Shown: positions 27,434 to 57,285, numbered from the stretch's first letter. The stretch: DNA of 64,000 bases from Eledone cirrhosa (GCA_964016885.1 OZ024749.1:18290001-18354000), one strand, 5' to 3'. The notes: generated from the sequence alone by a model not told the origin. Translations and numbers: made by a program.

Positions 27434-27462
27434 ATATATATATATATATATAATTATTTATA

Positions 27463-27588
<126 letters not shown>

Positions 27589-27622
27589 AAATAAATATAT
27601 ATATATATATAAATATATATAT

Positions 27623-29341
<1,719 letters not shown>

Positions 29342-29509
29342 AATATTAATACAATAACAGTGATAGTTTAAAGCTAATCTCTGACTGGTAACCATCTCAC
29401 TCAACAAACATTAGGTTATATTTTAATATAAACCCAATTTAAGTGTTTGGGGTGCTAACAATATGTATTATGTGGAAAAGCCAGTTGTATTATTTTATGA
29501 GATATAATT

Positions 29510-29930
<421 letters not shown>

Positions 29931-29946
29931 AATATATATATATATA

Positions 29947-32146
<2,200 letters not shown>

Positions 32147-32183
32147 GAAAGATTTGAATGGATACAGTTTAGTTGAAAGGAAT

Positions 32184-32303
32184 TTATTGACACGTGTTTC
32201 TATAACAGTTACATAACCTAAAACAGCTGCTATCTACAAACTTTTAGTTATGCAGACATTCAATATTTCAATGTTATTATTTACTGTCATTTCATCAGAA
32301 TAA
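32184..32303 (-). ncRNA. HHR, family B
   Basis: Copy of the 17210-17329 motif. Confidence 0.75.
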
Positions 32304-32859
32304 TCTTACTGAGGACCTATTTAGTTTTTATAGAGAATATTAGGAGGGAGGGGTGAAGTTGTTAGAAGAATAGTTGAAGTAGTGGTTTTTCGATAGCAGT
32401 GAGAATTCTTGGTGGCAGTGAGTAATTAGATTCCCATCTGTTGTTTTGACATTTTTTATAGAATATATTATTGGTCATTTTTCTAAATCTATAGAAGGAT
32501 TAGAGATAGTAAAGATATGCGTGGTTGGTTTTGTGTTTGCACTTAATTAACATTCAGACTTAAATTTTTCTTTCAAGTGTACGTATCCTTTCACCCACGC
32601 ATTCACACACAAATATATTTGCACACCTCTACAAAATACATATACTCACAATTCACATATTCATACTTACATATATATACACATGCATACACATATATAT
32701 ACACACATGTATTCATGTACATACATACGCGCTCATGTGTATACATTTTCATACTCAACTTATCTTTATATACACACGTATAGACACACACATATATACA
32801 TACATACTCTAGTCCATGTGTACACACATACACATACATACACATCTATATACACATAT

Positions 32860-32904
<45 letters not shown>

Positions 32905-33392
32905 CACTTTAATACATGAATACACTTACATCTAACTATACACATCAAACATATATATATATCTGTGACGGCAGAATAATGTTCGTTCAATTCTGTTATT
33001 CAGCAGTTTCTTCTTACATAATCACACACAAGAAGAAACTGCTGAATAACAGAATTGAACGAACATTATTCTGCCGTCACAGAACTAACACCCTTTTTTC
33101 CCACTACAAGCCGAATATTACATAAAAGAGGGACATCCCCCAACTATATAATCCTTAATCTAGTTAGAAAAATATAAAAACAATCTCTTCTCAACATATA
33201 TTAATAACCTTAAATTACCGCACTAATAATGGAAAGATATGCTGATGAGAATAGGTGCAAATATGCGATAATGAATGTGTCTAAAAACGTCCATAAGTAT
33301 GTATATATATGTGAAAATGTATATAAATAAGTAAATATATATATATGTTTGATGTGTATAGTTAGATGTAAGTGTATTCATGTATTAAAGTG

Positions 33393-33449
<57 letters not shown>

Positions 33450-34005
33450 ATATGTGTATATAGATGTGTATGTATGTGTATGTGTGTACATATGGACGAG
33501 AGTATGTATGTATATATGTGTGTGTCTATATGTGTCTATATAAAGATAAGTTGAGTATGAAAATGTATACACATGAGCGCGTATGTATGTCCATGAATAC
33601 ATGTGTGTATATATATGTGTATGCATGTGTATATATATGTAAGTATGAATATGTGAATTGTGAGTATATGTATTTTGTAGAGGTGTGCAAATATATTTGT
33701 GTGTGAATGCGTGGGTGAAAGGATACGTACACTTGAAAGAAAAATTTAAGTCTGAATGTTAATTAAGTGCAAACACAAAACCAACCACGCATATCTTTAC
33801 TATCTCTAATCCTTCTATAGATTTAGAAAAATAACCAATAATATATTCTATAAAAAATGTCAAAACAACAGATGGGAATCTAATTACTCACTGCCACCAA
33901 GAATTCTCACTGCTATCGAAAAACCACTCCTTCAACTATTCTTCTAACAACTTCACCCATCCCTCCTAATATTCTCTATAAAAACTAAATAGGTCCTCAG
34001 TAATA

Positions 34006-34125
34006 TTATTCTGATGAAATGACAGTAAATAATAACATTGAAATATTGAATGTCTGCATAACTAAAAGTTTGTAGATAGCAGCTGTTTTAGGTTATGTAA
34101 CTGTTATAGAAACACGTGTCAATAA
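34006..34125 (+). ncRNA. HHR, family B
   Basis: Copy of the 17210-17329 motif. Confidence 0.75.
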
Positions 34126-34355
34126 ATTCCTTTCAACTAAACTGTATCCATTCAAATCTTTCTATTTTTCTCCGGATTACTTTTGGAACTACAACTGGAA
34201 CCGTCGAGCAAACTCTACGTGAGCTGATAATCTACTGTGTGTAATATTTATATTACAACACAACCGAAAATACTGTATATATTTATATATATATATATTT
34301 ATATATATATATATATATATATATTTATTTATATATATATATATATTTATATATA

Positions 34356-35697
<1,342 letters not shown>

Positions 35698-35708
35698 ATA
35701 TATATATA

Positions 35709-35764
<56 letters not shown>

Positions 35765-35775
<11 letters not shown>

Positions 35776-37700
35776 TAATAAAAATAATGAATAAACAAAG
35801 AAACAGTTCCTTATATTAAAAAATTCATCATTTTACGATCGTTTCTAGGATATATATGTTAGTGTTGGTATGCATATCATATAGATCTATGTAAAATGTT
35901 TACAAACCATCAGAAGGAATATACATACCTACACATATATATGCTGTCTTCAGAAATAATGATATTTGTTTATTGAAAAAACCCCAAAAAGATTTAATAC
36001 AATAGGTCTGTTCGGAAACAGGTTTTGAATTGACCAATAGAAAGATAGTGAAGGTCAAGATGGTAAAATAGTAGTAATAGAGCCTTAATTTAGGAGTAGA
36101 GGAAGGTAGATTTCAGTTTTGGATGGAAAGAATATTATGAATGAAAGATTATTTTAGGGATGAAAATAGGTCATATGCTGTCTTCAGAAATAATTATATT
36201 TGCTCATTGAATAAAACCAACAAAGATTTAATATAATAGGTCTGTTTGGGAACAGGTTTTGAATTGACCAGTAGAAAGGTAATAACTGGCTAAATGGTAT
36301 AATAGTAGTAATGGAACTTTAATTTAGGGGTAGAAGAAGGCAGATTTCAGTTGTGAATGGAAGGAGTATGATGAATGAAAAGGTTATTTTAGGGGTGAAA
36401 ATAGGTCAGGTCGGTAAAAGGTACACGAAAGATTGCTGTTATAAAAGAATAATGCCATTGTAAATATCTAAGGAGACTAAAAAATTGTGTTTGTGGGTAT
36501 TAAATCTTATTTTAAATTGGTTAGAGGTAGCTCCTATATATGAATAAATTGAGTTCTTACATTTATATACTATGTTATTAACAAAGCAATTTCCTTTTAA
36601 TGGGCAATTTGCTTTGTTTCTACAGTTACGACTTTTCGTGAATCCTGTATCAGAGGAGATATTATGGTTAGTTTGATGTATTGGTGGTATACTGACGGTT
36701 TTTTTACATTTATATGCATGGTAGGCACTTATATTTTGTTTTATGTTTTTGGTTGTTGAGTAGGAGAATTTAACCGTTGATCTATTTAAAATTTGATGGT
36801 ATTTGTGGTTTGGCGGGAAGTTCTTCTCTAGGATATTAAAAATTTTTTTTAGGTATATTATCTTTAATTTGTAAATTAAATGGAGCATTATACCAAGTAA
36901 CTCGTCTATTACGGTTTCGATGTTGTTTATTATTTTTATAGGATGTATCCTGATGTTTATTAAGAGAATTATTGTTAATGATTTCACCACACACATTTTT
37001 AGTTAGATTTATTGATTTAGGTGTTTTAGCTTGTTTATTAGGAGTTTTATTATTAACATTTATTAGAGTAGTACGATGAATAGTTTTTTGAGAGTTACTA
37101 TATTGTATATTAGAAGAGTTAGAGAAATTTAGTTTTATGTTGGTATTTTGGGGTATAGTGTGCATGTTTCATTTGGTGTTTGTTGGTAATATTAGGTTGT
37201 ATGTTTGTAGTGTTATTGGTACAAGGTATATATACTAATTTATTTTTGTGGCCACTTCTAGCTAAAGCTTCGTTATAAAAGGTCGCATTTTTATCAAATA
37301 CATCCTGGTTAGACGAAAGGTTAGAAATTCTGAGTGAGATATTGTATGCTAGGTTTTTAAGGATAGATTTAGGGTGATTAGATTGTGAGTGTATGTAATG
37401 TAAGTTTTGGTTAGGTTTATGGTAAGGTTGGTAGATACCCGTAGATAAGTCTAATGTTATATCAAGGAAATTAACTACTTTACTTGTGTTTTCAAATGTA
37501 ATATCTAGACTATAATAGTCTTTGAGGAAAGTTCTAATAAGTTTTTTATTTTTTTCAATCTCTGAAAGTTTATTGGAAAGAAGAAGACAGTCGTCACGAT
37601 ATAAACCACCTTTAAGGTGGGGAAAGGAAGCATTTATGTTAAAAAGAAGAAAGAGGCCCACAAGATCAGTAATTTGGGCAGAATCACTTGAGCCCATAGT
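35765..37700 (-). mobile_element. Family C, second 5'-truncated copy with an internal deletion and a 3'UTR duplication
   Basis: MGSSDSAQITDLVG..GGLYRDDC (37119-37697); similar to the reverse complement of 10130-12600. Confidence 0.88.
35825..35962 (-). ncRNA. HHR with a large stem II insertion, family C
   Basis: Minus strand: tcattattt CTGAAGA cagcatatatatgt..acatatatatccta GAAAC gatc GTA aaatgatga. Confidence 0.72.
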
Positions 37701-37753
37701 AATATAAATATATATAAATATATAAATATATATATATATAAATATATATATAA

Positions 37754-44740
<6,987 letters not shown>

Positions 44741-44743
44741 ATA

Positions 44744-44788
<45 letters not shown>

Positions 44789-44902
44789 ATATATTTATAT
44801 ATATAAATATATATATATATAAATATATATATATATATTTATATATATATATATTTATATATATTTATATATATATATATTTATATGTATATATATATAT
44901 AT

Positions 44903-47900
44903 AGAAAAGATGAATATAAAATGAAAGTGCTTTTTTTTAAAAAGGAATTTATTTCTGTTTAAATCATTTATTTGCTTACAATTGTTTCTTCCAAACCGAG
45001 GTTTGGAGTCTTCGGAGCAATTATTCAGTGATTTTTAACATACTTGACCTCCTTTTCAACACAAGAGACATATAGAAACATATGTATATATTGACCCACA
45101 GTGGGTTGACATCCATTATAATAATATAGCATGGTAATTTACATACAAAGATTACAGTCATATTAAAGGACAAATTAAAGTTAAAATTAAAATTAAAATA
45201 AACATTGGCAGTCTACTAAGATAAAGCAAAAGGAAAGTTTGGAGTAGCCAGTGTATGCAAGAGTCACACGTGTGGCATGCACGCTTGTCCTATTTATACA
45301 AGATTATAGTGCGGCAGATTGTTACAAGTAAAACAAGCAGTTAAAGCAGGCAATCAAGAGCATCATGGGGGCTGAACTGGTAAAGCATTGTTCACACACA
45401 CCTGTACGATATAGAAGACCGTGTATGGAGAAACACCAAAAATATCAAAATATTATAAATGAGAAGCAAAATAGCACCACTGTCTTCGTACACACCATCA
45501 CTCTCACAATCCAGGAAACGCAATTTATAGACTACATGTCCATCTCACAATCCACGATGATTCAACATTGGGTGCCTGGTGAACCATGCTAGAACATCAC
45601 AGCTTCTCGTTCTTTAATTCGATTCTATAGAGCAGTTTGTTTTTGTTGTGAGAGATGACATCGTATTATATTCCGGAAGTGTGTGTGTGATTAAGGGCAG
45701 TTAATGCGTAAGGGGAGGTAACTAGCTGATTTCTATAGCTAAATTTATTATCCTAAAGTACATTAATGGTGTCTCAAATGAGTTCCCATCATATAAGGTT
45801 ATAAACAATTTCTAAATTTAAGTATCTTATCTATAAATTACAGTGTAGTCTATCAAGAAGTACTAAAGGTGTTCATATTAGGATGATTACCTTCTATCAT
45901 AGAGTGCCCCCACCGAACATTCCACATGAAGAGTCAGATCTCCAAATCAATGATCTTTGTAAGTGTAGTCCACCCGCAGGACCTGGCAGGGTGATATTAG
46001 AATCACTTCTATATATGACTCCTGGTAAGTTCTGGGTCATTGCATGTCTGATTGCATGGCAAAGTTAAATATCACTAGGGTAGTCTAGAGATCAATTCTC
46101 ACCTACAAAGACACTAATCCGACCATCAAGTCATACATGTATTTATAACTCATACATCACCTGTACATAATTCATTGCACTCAGCATATAGATTATATAG
46201 CTCTTTTATGTTAATAAATTAATTAATTACTTAATCTTCCATTTATCCAATGATGGCACTACATACAAAGGACAATGTTAGCACAACCAATTCCGTGCTT
46301 AAAGTTTACATTGGTGTAATGTAGTCTAAGCAATTGAAGGCCAATATACCAAAAGTAGAAGTACATGGGGATATCCCCAAGGTAAAAGGTACTAGGAGGA
46401 TGTCACTATTTGCGTTAAAGTGGATTAATGGGTGTGGAGATGAGGTGTAAGGTGTGCCCCTGATGATTGCTGCTAGAGGTGGTGACGGGTTCAAGTCTGA
46501 CATTGTTATATATTGGGTTTAAAGTTTTGGAAGGAGTGTCGGAAGCGGTGTTGGCAAGACACGAACACTTCTGATTTTTTATTAAGGAGGTTATGGTTTG
46601 AGAAGATGATAGTATGGGTCTCTAGTAGACAGAGGTTACAAAATTTATTAGGTGGTTTGTACGATGTCGCGTTACCTATCACTTCCCATTTAAGTGTATA
46701 TGGTTTATTTTTAGTTTTTAGATAGTGTATGTAGCTAGATAGTGAAGTGGAGTTGGCTAGACTGTGTTTTTTGAAAGAGTGGAGGTGCGAATTGTATCTG
46801 GTTTTGAAGCAGTTTGAAGTAGAGCCTATATAGGTTTCAGAAGAGTTGCTAGTTGTGACTGTGCATGAGTATATGATATCTTTGGTTAAGCATTTTTTTA
46901 TCTAAAGGGCAGGTTCTATTTGATCTACAGTTACAATTATTCTGGGTGTTAGTCTGCCGGTTATTATGTTGTGTAGAAGTCTGGATGGGTTATGGTTATG
47001 TGGGTTGACGTTCCCAGCGTTATTGTTTACACTAGTGTTATTACTATTATTTCTATTGATATTAGGGTTAGTTGCTATAATGTTATTTTGAAGGTTTATT
47101 GTCTGTTGTGATTTAGTTTGCTGGAAGTAAGAATTAATTTTTCTTTTATTGCTACTAGCTATGTGGTATGCTATGTTAGGCGTAGTAGAGTAGGAGATTT
47201 TAATAGTGTTTTTGTTTAAAAGGCTATGGTACTTATGGCCGGATGGGAAGTTTTTATCTAGTAGTGAGAAGAAAGCCCTAGGTAGGTTGGTAGAGACGTT
47301 TAGATTGAAAGGAGGGTTGAAAAATGTATTATTTCTTCTTCTATTTTTGTTTTTTATGTCTGGTGAGTTGTTTCCTTTTATGGTACTATGGTAATTTCTG
47401 TGGTGTGGGTTACTTTTGTTCGCATCTTCCGTATTAGTGTGTGTGTGGTTGCTATTCCTATTACTAAATTTCCTCATGGACATGTTGTGCGAAATAATAT
47501 TGTAGCTATGTGTTTTTGTAGGTAGGAACTCGATCTCTACGTTATGGCCTGATCTAGCTAATGCCTTATTATAATATTGCGAGTTTTTGCTAAATATGTT
47601 TACGTCATAGGATAGATTAGAGATTCTATTAGATACTCCCTTAGAGATAGAGTTTAATATAGATCTAGGGTGGTTAGACTTGGTATCTACGTAAATGAGT
47701 TTTTCATTAGGTTTGTGGAAAGGTGCATATATCTTTGAGTCTAGGTAGGGGGTGGCGTCCAGGAAGTTAACGTTTTTAGTGTTTTTGTCCATGGTAATAC
47801 TAAGGTTATAGTTTTTGAATGTCTTGTGCAATAGTTTTCTAGTTCTTTCTATATTGAATTTTTTATAATCTATAAGTAGAAGTGCATCATCGCGGTACAA

Positions 47901-48345
47901 ACCACTGTTGAGGTATGGAAGGTCCTTATGGATTTCGTTAAGTAAATATAGGCCGACTAAATCAGTGACCTGCGCCGAGTCACTAGATCCCATGGTAATG
48001 TCGAAGTTGTTTTGCGTATCCTTGCGGGTCCATAATTGGTCTTCAAAGGTGATTACTGTTTTACGGGCCGCAAGTATGACATCAAACAGGGGTCTAGTCA
48101 GGTCACTATTGTCCATGGCCATGATAGGTGCCTTATTTAATAGGATAGGGGAAATAGAGGTGTAGTATGAATTGATATCAAACTGAATAATTTGTTTATC
48201 CTTGCTATCCTTGATATCTTTGAACCATTCAATCACTTCACCTGTATTTCCCCATTGTTTAAGGTATAACTTGTGTTTAATCTGTGGGATGATTTTATCT
48301 AAAATTTTCATACTGATAATGCCAATGTCAGACTTGGAAGTATTT
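44903..48345 (-). mobile_element. Hydra-clade PLE, family J (F-related RT), 5'-truncated, with about 1.6-kb 3' region
   Basis: ORF 46902-48368 has IIQFDINSYYTSI, MGSSDSAQ, SGLYRDDA. EN continues after a frameshift (YIGSTSNCFKTRYNSH) to about 46500. Confidence 0.88.
44972..45020 (-). ncRNA. HHR, U4C core variant, family J
   Basis: Minus strand: ttgct CCGAAGA c tccaaac ctcg gtttgga a GAAAC aatt GTA agcaa. Confidence 0.75.
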
Positions 48346-48962
48346 TTCAATCTAGCTAACTTGGTCATTTACAATACAAACACTTATGTGTTTATCATAT
48401 ATTAAGTTATATTAACTTGTATTTCACGGCTCATAAATGCTTCTTTCTTTGAGCTAATTAATTGTAAAGGACTGTTTGAGTTTATAACTCTAAATATAAT
48501 ATAGTATTACGGCTCCTTTTGTTGAGCTAAATTTTAATCCCGTATAAACGGCTGTTATTTCTAGCACCATGAGTATGGGGATAGCTAGGAGCTGGAAAAC
48601 CACGTGCGTTGCACTTGAATACCAGTCCTCCTAAATATTTCGAGGTGAAACATGCTAATTTTCTGGATACCTGCCGATGACCACAGAAATTGGAATCTTT
48701 CACTTTTTTAAATTATCGTTGCGAAACTTATTTGGGTTTTGAAATTTAAATTTGTCTGCGGAACAGGTTTGGATTTTGAAATTTAAATTTGTCCAGGTAT
48801 CACGGTTATTGCAAATATGGGTTTGTTTTTATTGATTTATTATTTTAAATCGAGACAGGCAAACTGTATTAATTTAATTAGTATTTTTGAATCTAGCTAA
48901 CTTGGTCATTTACAATACAAACACTTATGTGTTTATCATATATTAATTTATATTAACTTGTA
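48343..48962. mobile_element. ORF-less element with about 80-bp direct repeats (period about 541 bp) fused to the 5' end of family J
   Basis: aatctagctaacttggtcatttacaatac..tattaacttgta at about 48349 and 48890. A related inverted fragment lies at 52171-52256. Confidence 0.6.
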
Positions 48963-49021
48963 TATATATATTTATATATATATATATTTATATTTATATA
49001 TGTATATATATATATATATAT

Positions 49022-49054
<33 letters not shown>

Positions 49055-49098
49055 ATATATAGAAAGATTTGAATGGATACAGTTTAGTTGAAAGGAAT

Positions 49099-49215
49099 TT
49101 ATTGACACGTGTTTCTATAACAGTTACATAACCTAAAACAGCTATCTACAAACTTTTAGTTATGCAGACATTCAATATTTCAATGTTATTATTTACTGTC
49201 ATTTCATCAGAATAA
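49099..49215 (-). ncRNA. HHR, family B (3-nt deletion inside the stem II insertion)
   Basis: Copy of the family B motif; aaaacagctatc versus aaaacagctgctatc. Confidence 0.73.
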
Positions 49216-49797
49216 TATTACTGAGGACCTATTTAGTTTTTATAGAGAATATTAGGAGGGAGGGGTGAAGTTGCTAGAAGAATAGTTGAAGGAGTGGTTT
49301 TTCGATAGCAGTGAGAATTCTTGGTGGCAGTGAGTAATTAGATTCCCATCTGTTGTTTTGACATTTTTTATAGAATATATTATTGGTTATTTTTCTAAAT
49401 CTATAGAAGGATTAGAGATAGTAAAGATATGCGTGGTTGGTTTTGTGTTTGCACTTAATTAACATTCAGACTTAAATTTTTCTTTCAAGTGTACGTACCC
49501 TTTCACCCACGCATTCACACACAAATATATTTGCACACCTCTACAAAATACATATACTCACAATTCACATATTCATACTTACATATATATACACATGCAT
49601 ACACATATATATACACACATGTATTCATGTACATACATACGCGCTCATGTGTATACATTTTCATACTCAACTTATCTTTATATACACACGTATAGACACA
49701 CACATATATACATACATACTCTAGTCCATGTGTACACACATACACATACTTACACATCCATATACACACATATACATACATACATACATATATATAC

Positions 49798-49878
<81 letters not shown>

Positions 49879-50195
49879 TACATACACATACATATACACA
49901 TACATACATATACATATATATATATAAGCACTTTAATACATGAATACACTTACATCTAACTATACACATCAAACATATATATATGTTTACTTATTTATAT
50001 ACATTTTCACATATATATACATACTTATGGACGTTTTTAGACACATTCATTATCGCATATTTGTACCTATTCTCATCAGCATATCTTTTCATTATTAGTA
50101 TGGTAATTTAAGGTTATTAATATATGTTGAGAAGAGATTGTTTTTATATTTTTCTAACTAGATTAAGGTTTATATAGTTGGGGGATGTCCCTCTT

Positions 50196-51865
50196 TTATG
50201 TAATATTCGGCTTGTAGTGGGAAAAAAGGGTTTTAGTTCTGTGACGGCAGAATAATGTTCGTTCAATTCTGTTATTCAGCAGTTTCTTCTTGTGTGTGAT
50301 TATGTAATAAATCTCAAGATTACACAATTTGCAGAAATTTTGGCTCCTGGAAAAGCTTTGGGTTTTAGCTAATTTTTCCCATTTTAGGGTAAACTTTTGG
50401 TCGCTATCCCTGAGCGTCCAAGCTTTTTCTGCTAAAGTTGTTACATTTCTTTGGCTCTGGTGTTTTATTGAGAGTGAATGCCTATACAATCGAGATTTAA
50501 ACGATGTTGCCGTTGATCCCACGTAATACCACTCGTTGCCTCCGGATTTAATGGTACACTTATAAATAATATTTTTTTCCAGGCAGTTATTGCCGAGGGG
50601 GCAGTTGTCAGGATAGGTGCAGTTACAGTTGTGTACGTTGGGTTTTCTCTGGAGTAGTATTGCGGACGAACTTAGGTGTGGTTTATTTATGTTCTGTAGT
50701 GTATTGTCTACTGTTTTTTTTGTGTTCTTTGTACTTAAGTTCTTAGTGTTTTCGTTTAACCTTCTAGTATTGATCTTTTTTATGTGTTGTTCAAGGTTTA
50801 ACGCTGTAGAGTATGATAGTCTTATAGTGGTAGGGTTTAGGATTTTGTGGTATTTGTGTGATGTGGGAAAATGTCTTTTAATTATTTTAAAGAAGAGTAC
50901 TGGTAAATTTGTACTAATGGAGCTATTGTATTCGGGGTTATACCATAAGTACTCTTTGCATCGCTTTCTATTAGTTTTGTTTGTTGGTTTACTGGTGTGC
51001 ATACTATGGTAGTAAGTGTGGTTTGGTGTTGTGTTATTATATCTACCTATGTGGGATTTATTTTGGGTGTTTTGATTGTTCCCATCTATGTACTCTATTT
51101 TGTTGAGGTAGCCTGCTTTACTAAGGGCGTTATCGTAGTACTCGGCGTGTTCCTTAAATACTTGTATGTTAGAAGATAGACCCGAGATTCTAAGGGAAAT
51201 ATTTTTAGGGATAGATTTAATTATAGAGATGGGGTGGTTAGACCCAACATTTACGTATTTGAGATTTTCATTCAATTTATGAAACGGTTTAATCAAACCA
51301 GAGTTTAAATTGAGTGTGACATCCAGGAAGTTAACTACTTTAAGGTTGTATTCATATGTTATAGTTAGTCCTATTTCGAGTAGTAGTTTTCTTATATCTT
51401 TGCGTAGTTTTTCTAGTTTTTGGTTATTAAGGTTTTTAGCTAGGAGGAGAACATCGTCGCGGTATATTCCGCCGTGGAGATTGCTGAATTTTTCCTGGAG
51501 TCTAAAGGCGATAAATAACCCCACAATATCAGTTATTTCCGCCGAATCGTTAGAGCCCATTGTTATGTCAAAGTTAGAGGGTCTATCTTTACGTACCCAA
51601 TAACTGTTCTCAAATTTGACTATAGTTTTCCTGGCTTCTAATATAATCTTAATTTCATCGTTTGTAAGGTCAGAGTTATCCTTAGCAAACTTAATGGCTC
51701 TATTCAAAGTTTCAAGTGATATCGATGAGTAATATTCATCGATATCAAACTGGATAAACTTAGATTTATTCTTATTGCTAATGCTATTAAACCATCTTAT
51801 TGCTTCTTGGGTCTTCCCCCAGAGTTTAATGTTAACCTTAGCCTTAATTTGGGGGATGATTCTAT
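50196..51865 (-). CDS. Family B RT plus GIY-YIG (5'-truncated, open)
   Basis: 503-aa ORF nearly identical to 12695-14194 plus 15429-16235. Confidence 0.88.
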
Positions 51866-51886
51866 ATTACAACACAACGGAAAATA

Positions 51887-52588
<702 letters not shown>

Positions 52589-52746
52589 ATACTTTGGGAG
52601 GGTCATGTTGCCAATAAGAAACACACGCACCAGTTGCTTTCACTTCAATTTATTATATATTTATGAATTTATAAATTTACAAATCTACAAACTTATAAAT
52701 TTCTGGTTGGTTGGTTGGTTCCACAACCAGATAGTTGTTTATATAT

Positions 52747-52791
52747 AGTCATAGTCCTTTCGTCACACACTCTGTGACCTCTTCAGTGACT
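52747..52791 (-). ncRNA. Minimal HHR, family E
   Basis: Reverse complement of 55112-55156. Confidence 0.75.
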
Positions 52792-55111
52792 GGGGATTCC
52801 TTTCTTTGTTTCTGTGCTTTTCCTTTTTTCTATCCTACGCCATTTTGTTTCTGTGTGTGTGTTGTGTGCTCAGTTTGCGCATGTGCCACATCCGGGTGTC
52901 TGTGTGTGTTTGTGTTCATTTATCTATTTGTTTATTTATTTATTTATTTATTGTTGGTTGGTTGTTTGTTCTATGTGTGTGTGTGTTTTCATTTTGTCCT
53001 TAATTGTAAGTTGTTTGTCCTATGTGTGTGTGTGTTTTCATTTTGTCCTGTGTGTGTTTTCATTTTGTCCTTAATTGTAAGTTGTGATGTTGCTGTTCCA
53101 CTCATATTTTCTATTTAATTTTGGTTGTAATTCTTTTATGCTTACTGCCTCTGTAATTTGCCTAAACATTGCATCTTTTCTGTGTGTGGATTCTATTTTT
53201 ATTTCTATGTTCTCTAATCTACCCCTGTGTTCTATCTTAGCATGTTGGTAGAGCACAGATGATTCTTTAATATCTTGGAGGTCTCGCCAGTGTTAATTTA
53301 TTCGTTCCCCTATACTACGAGCTGTCTCACCTATGTACACTATATTTTTGTTTCTACATTGTCCTTCAGTACATCTTATGCTATACACTACATTTCTAGT
53401 TTTACAGTTAATATGGGGACTTATTTTACAGGTTATACATTTCTTATCTATACATGAGGGTCTTTGGAACGGGTATGTCTTGCTAATAAGTGTTTTTACG
53501 GAGGTACCTGGTCTTTCTACTATCTTAATATTGAGTTTATGTTTATTTAGGGCCCTTCTAAATTTGTAGGCTAGTTCGCCTCTAGGGGTTGGGCGGCAGA
53601 CATAACACAGACATTTCATTATTATCTATTTCCGTGCTCCCATAAATGTTGGTATTTTTGTTGTTGAACTCTTCTGATAATGAGGTGTCGGCCATGTTGA
53701 TACCGTCAATTTTGTCGGGATATCTATTGGTATACTCTATAGTATCCTGATTTAGCTTTGCCTGTTTAAGCCACTTTAGTTTCCTGTTAAAGTGCTTATC
53801 ACATTCTTGAGTAATGTACACCCCAACCATCGATTACCTGTACTAGACACAGAGCTCTGGTTAGATACCATTAACAACAAAAAACAAATCCTCCATTCCC
53901 ATTATGCCAAACCCATGACTTCAAAAACATCTCATCCACCGAAACTCGGCCATTTCGGACCATACCAAAATCAACATACTGATTGCGGATGTGGTACGGG
54001 TGATGAGAAATGTGTCCCGCATGTGCAACCCCGAAGAACTAGAGAGACACATACAACACTTCATCCACCGTATGCAGTTCTATGGCTACAATCAGAGAGA
54101 TAGAATCAGAGTGTATTGAGGAGCCAGAACCAAATGGGAAAAAATGGTAAATAATGACATAAATGGGACCTGCCCCTTGTATAGGAGCAAATTTTGGAAT
54201 AGAATAGAAAGAACTAGGAACAAGGCCAATAGAATAAACTCATGGTATGATAGCAATAAATACCAGAGTGTAATGTTCATCAATACAACCCCTAGAGGCG
54301 AACTAGCCTACAAATTTAGAAGGGCCCTAAATAAACAAATACTCAATATTAAGATAGTAGAAAGACCAGGTACCTCCGTAAAAACACTTATTAGCAAGAC
54401 ATACCCGTTCCAAAGACCCTCATGTATAGATAAGAAATGTATAACCTGTAAAATAAGCCCCCATATTAACTGTAAAACTAGAAATGTAGTGTATAGCATA
54501 AGATGTACTGAAGGACAATGTAGAAACAAAAATATAGTGTACATAGGTGAGACAGCTCGTAGTGTAGGGGAACGAATAAATGAACACTGGCGAGACCTTC
54601 AAGATAATAAAGAATCATCTGTGCTCTACCAACATGCTAAGATAGAACACAGGGGTAGATTAGAGAACATAGAAATAAAAATAGAATCCACACACAGAAA
54701 AGATGCAATGTTTAGGCAAATTACAGAGGCAGTAAGCATAAAAGAATTACAACCAAAATTAAATAGAAAATATGAGTGGAACAGCAACATCACAACTTAC
54801 AATTAAGGACAAAATGAAAACACACACAGGACAAAATGAAAACACACACACACATAGAACAAACAACTTACAATTAAGGACAAAATGAAAACACACACAG
54901 GACAAAATGAAAACACACACACACACACATAGAACAAACAATCAACCAACAATAAATAAATAAATAAATAAGCAAATAGATAAATGAACACAAACACACA
55001 CAGACACCCGGATGTGGCGCATGCGCAAACTGAGCACACAACACTCACACAGAAACAAAATGGCGTAGGATAGAAGAAAGGAAAGGCACAGAAACAAAGA
55101 AAGGAATCCCC

Positions 55112-55156
55112 AGTCACTGAAGAGGTCACAGAGTGTGTGACGAAAGGACTATGACT
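55112..55156 (+). ncRNA. Minimal HHR, family E
   Basis: agtca CTGAAGA g gtcaca gagtg tgtgac GAAA g ga c TA tgact. Confidence 0.78.
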
Positions 55157-55389
55157 ATATATAAACAACTATCTGGTTGTGGAACCAACCAACCAACCAG
55201 AAATTTATAAGTTTGTAGTTTTGTAAATTTATAAATTTATAAATATATAATAAATTGAAGTGAAAACAACTGGTGCGTGTGTTTCTTATTGGCAACATGA
55301 CCCTCCCAAAGTATAACAATATCGGTTTCAACACACGATTTCAGATAAAGAATCTTGCTAAACGAATTCAGAAACGAAATATATATATA

Positions 55390-57285
<1,896 letters not shown>

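Larger units (their letters stand above)
49061..51890 (-). mobile_element. Family B, 5'-truncated copy with a short inverted 3' tail (51866-51890)
   Basis: ORF 50196-51707 joins the two family B halves. HHR at 49099-49215(-). Confidence 0.92.
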
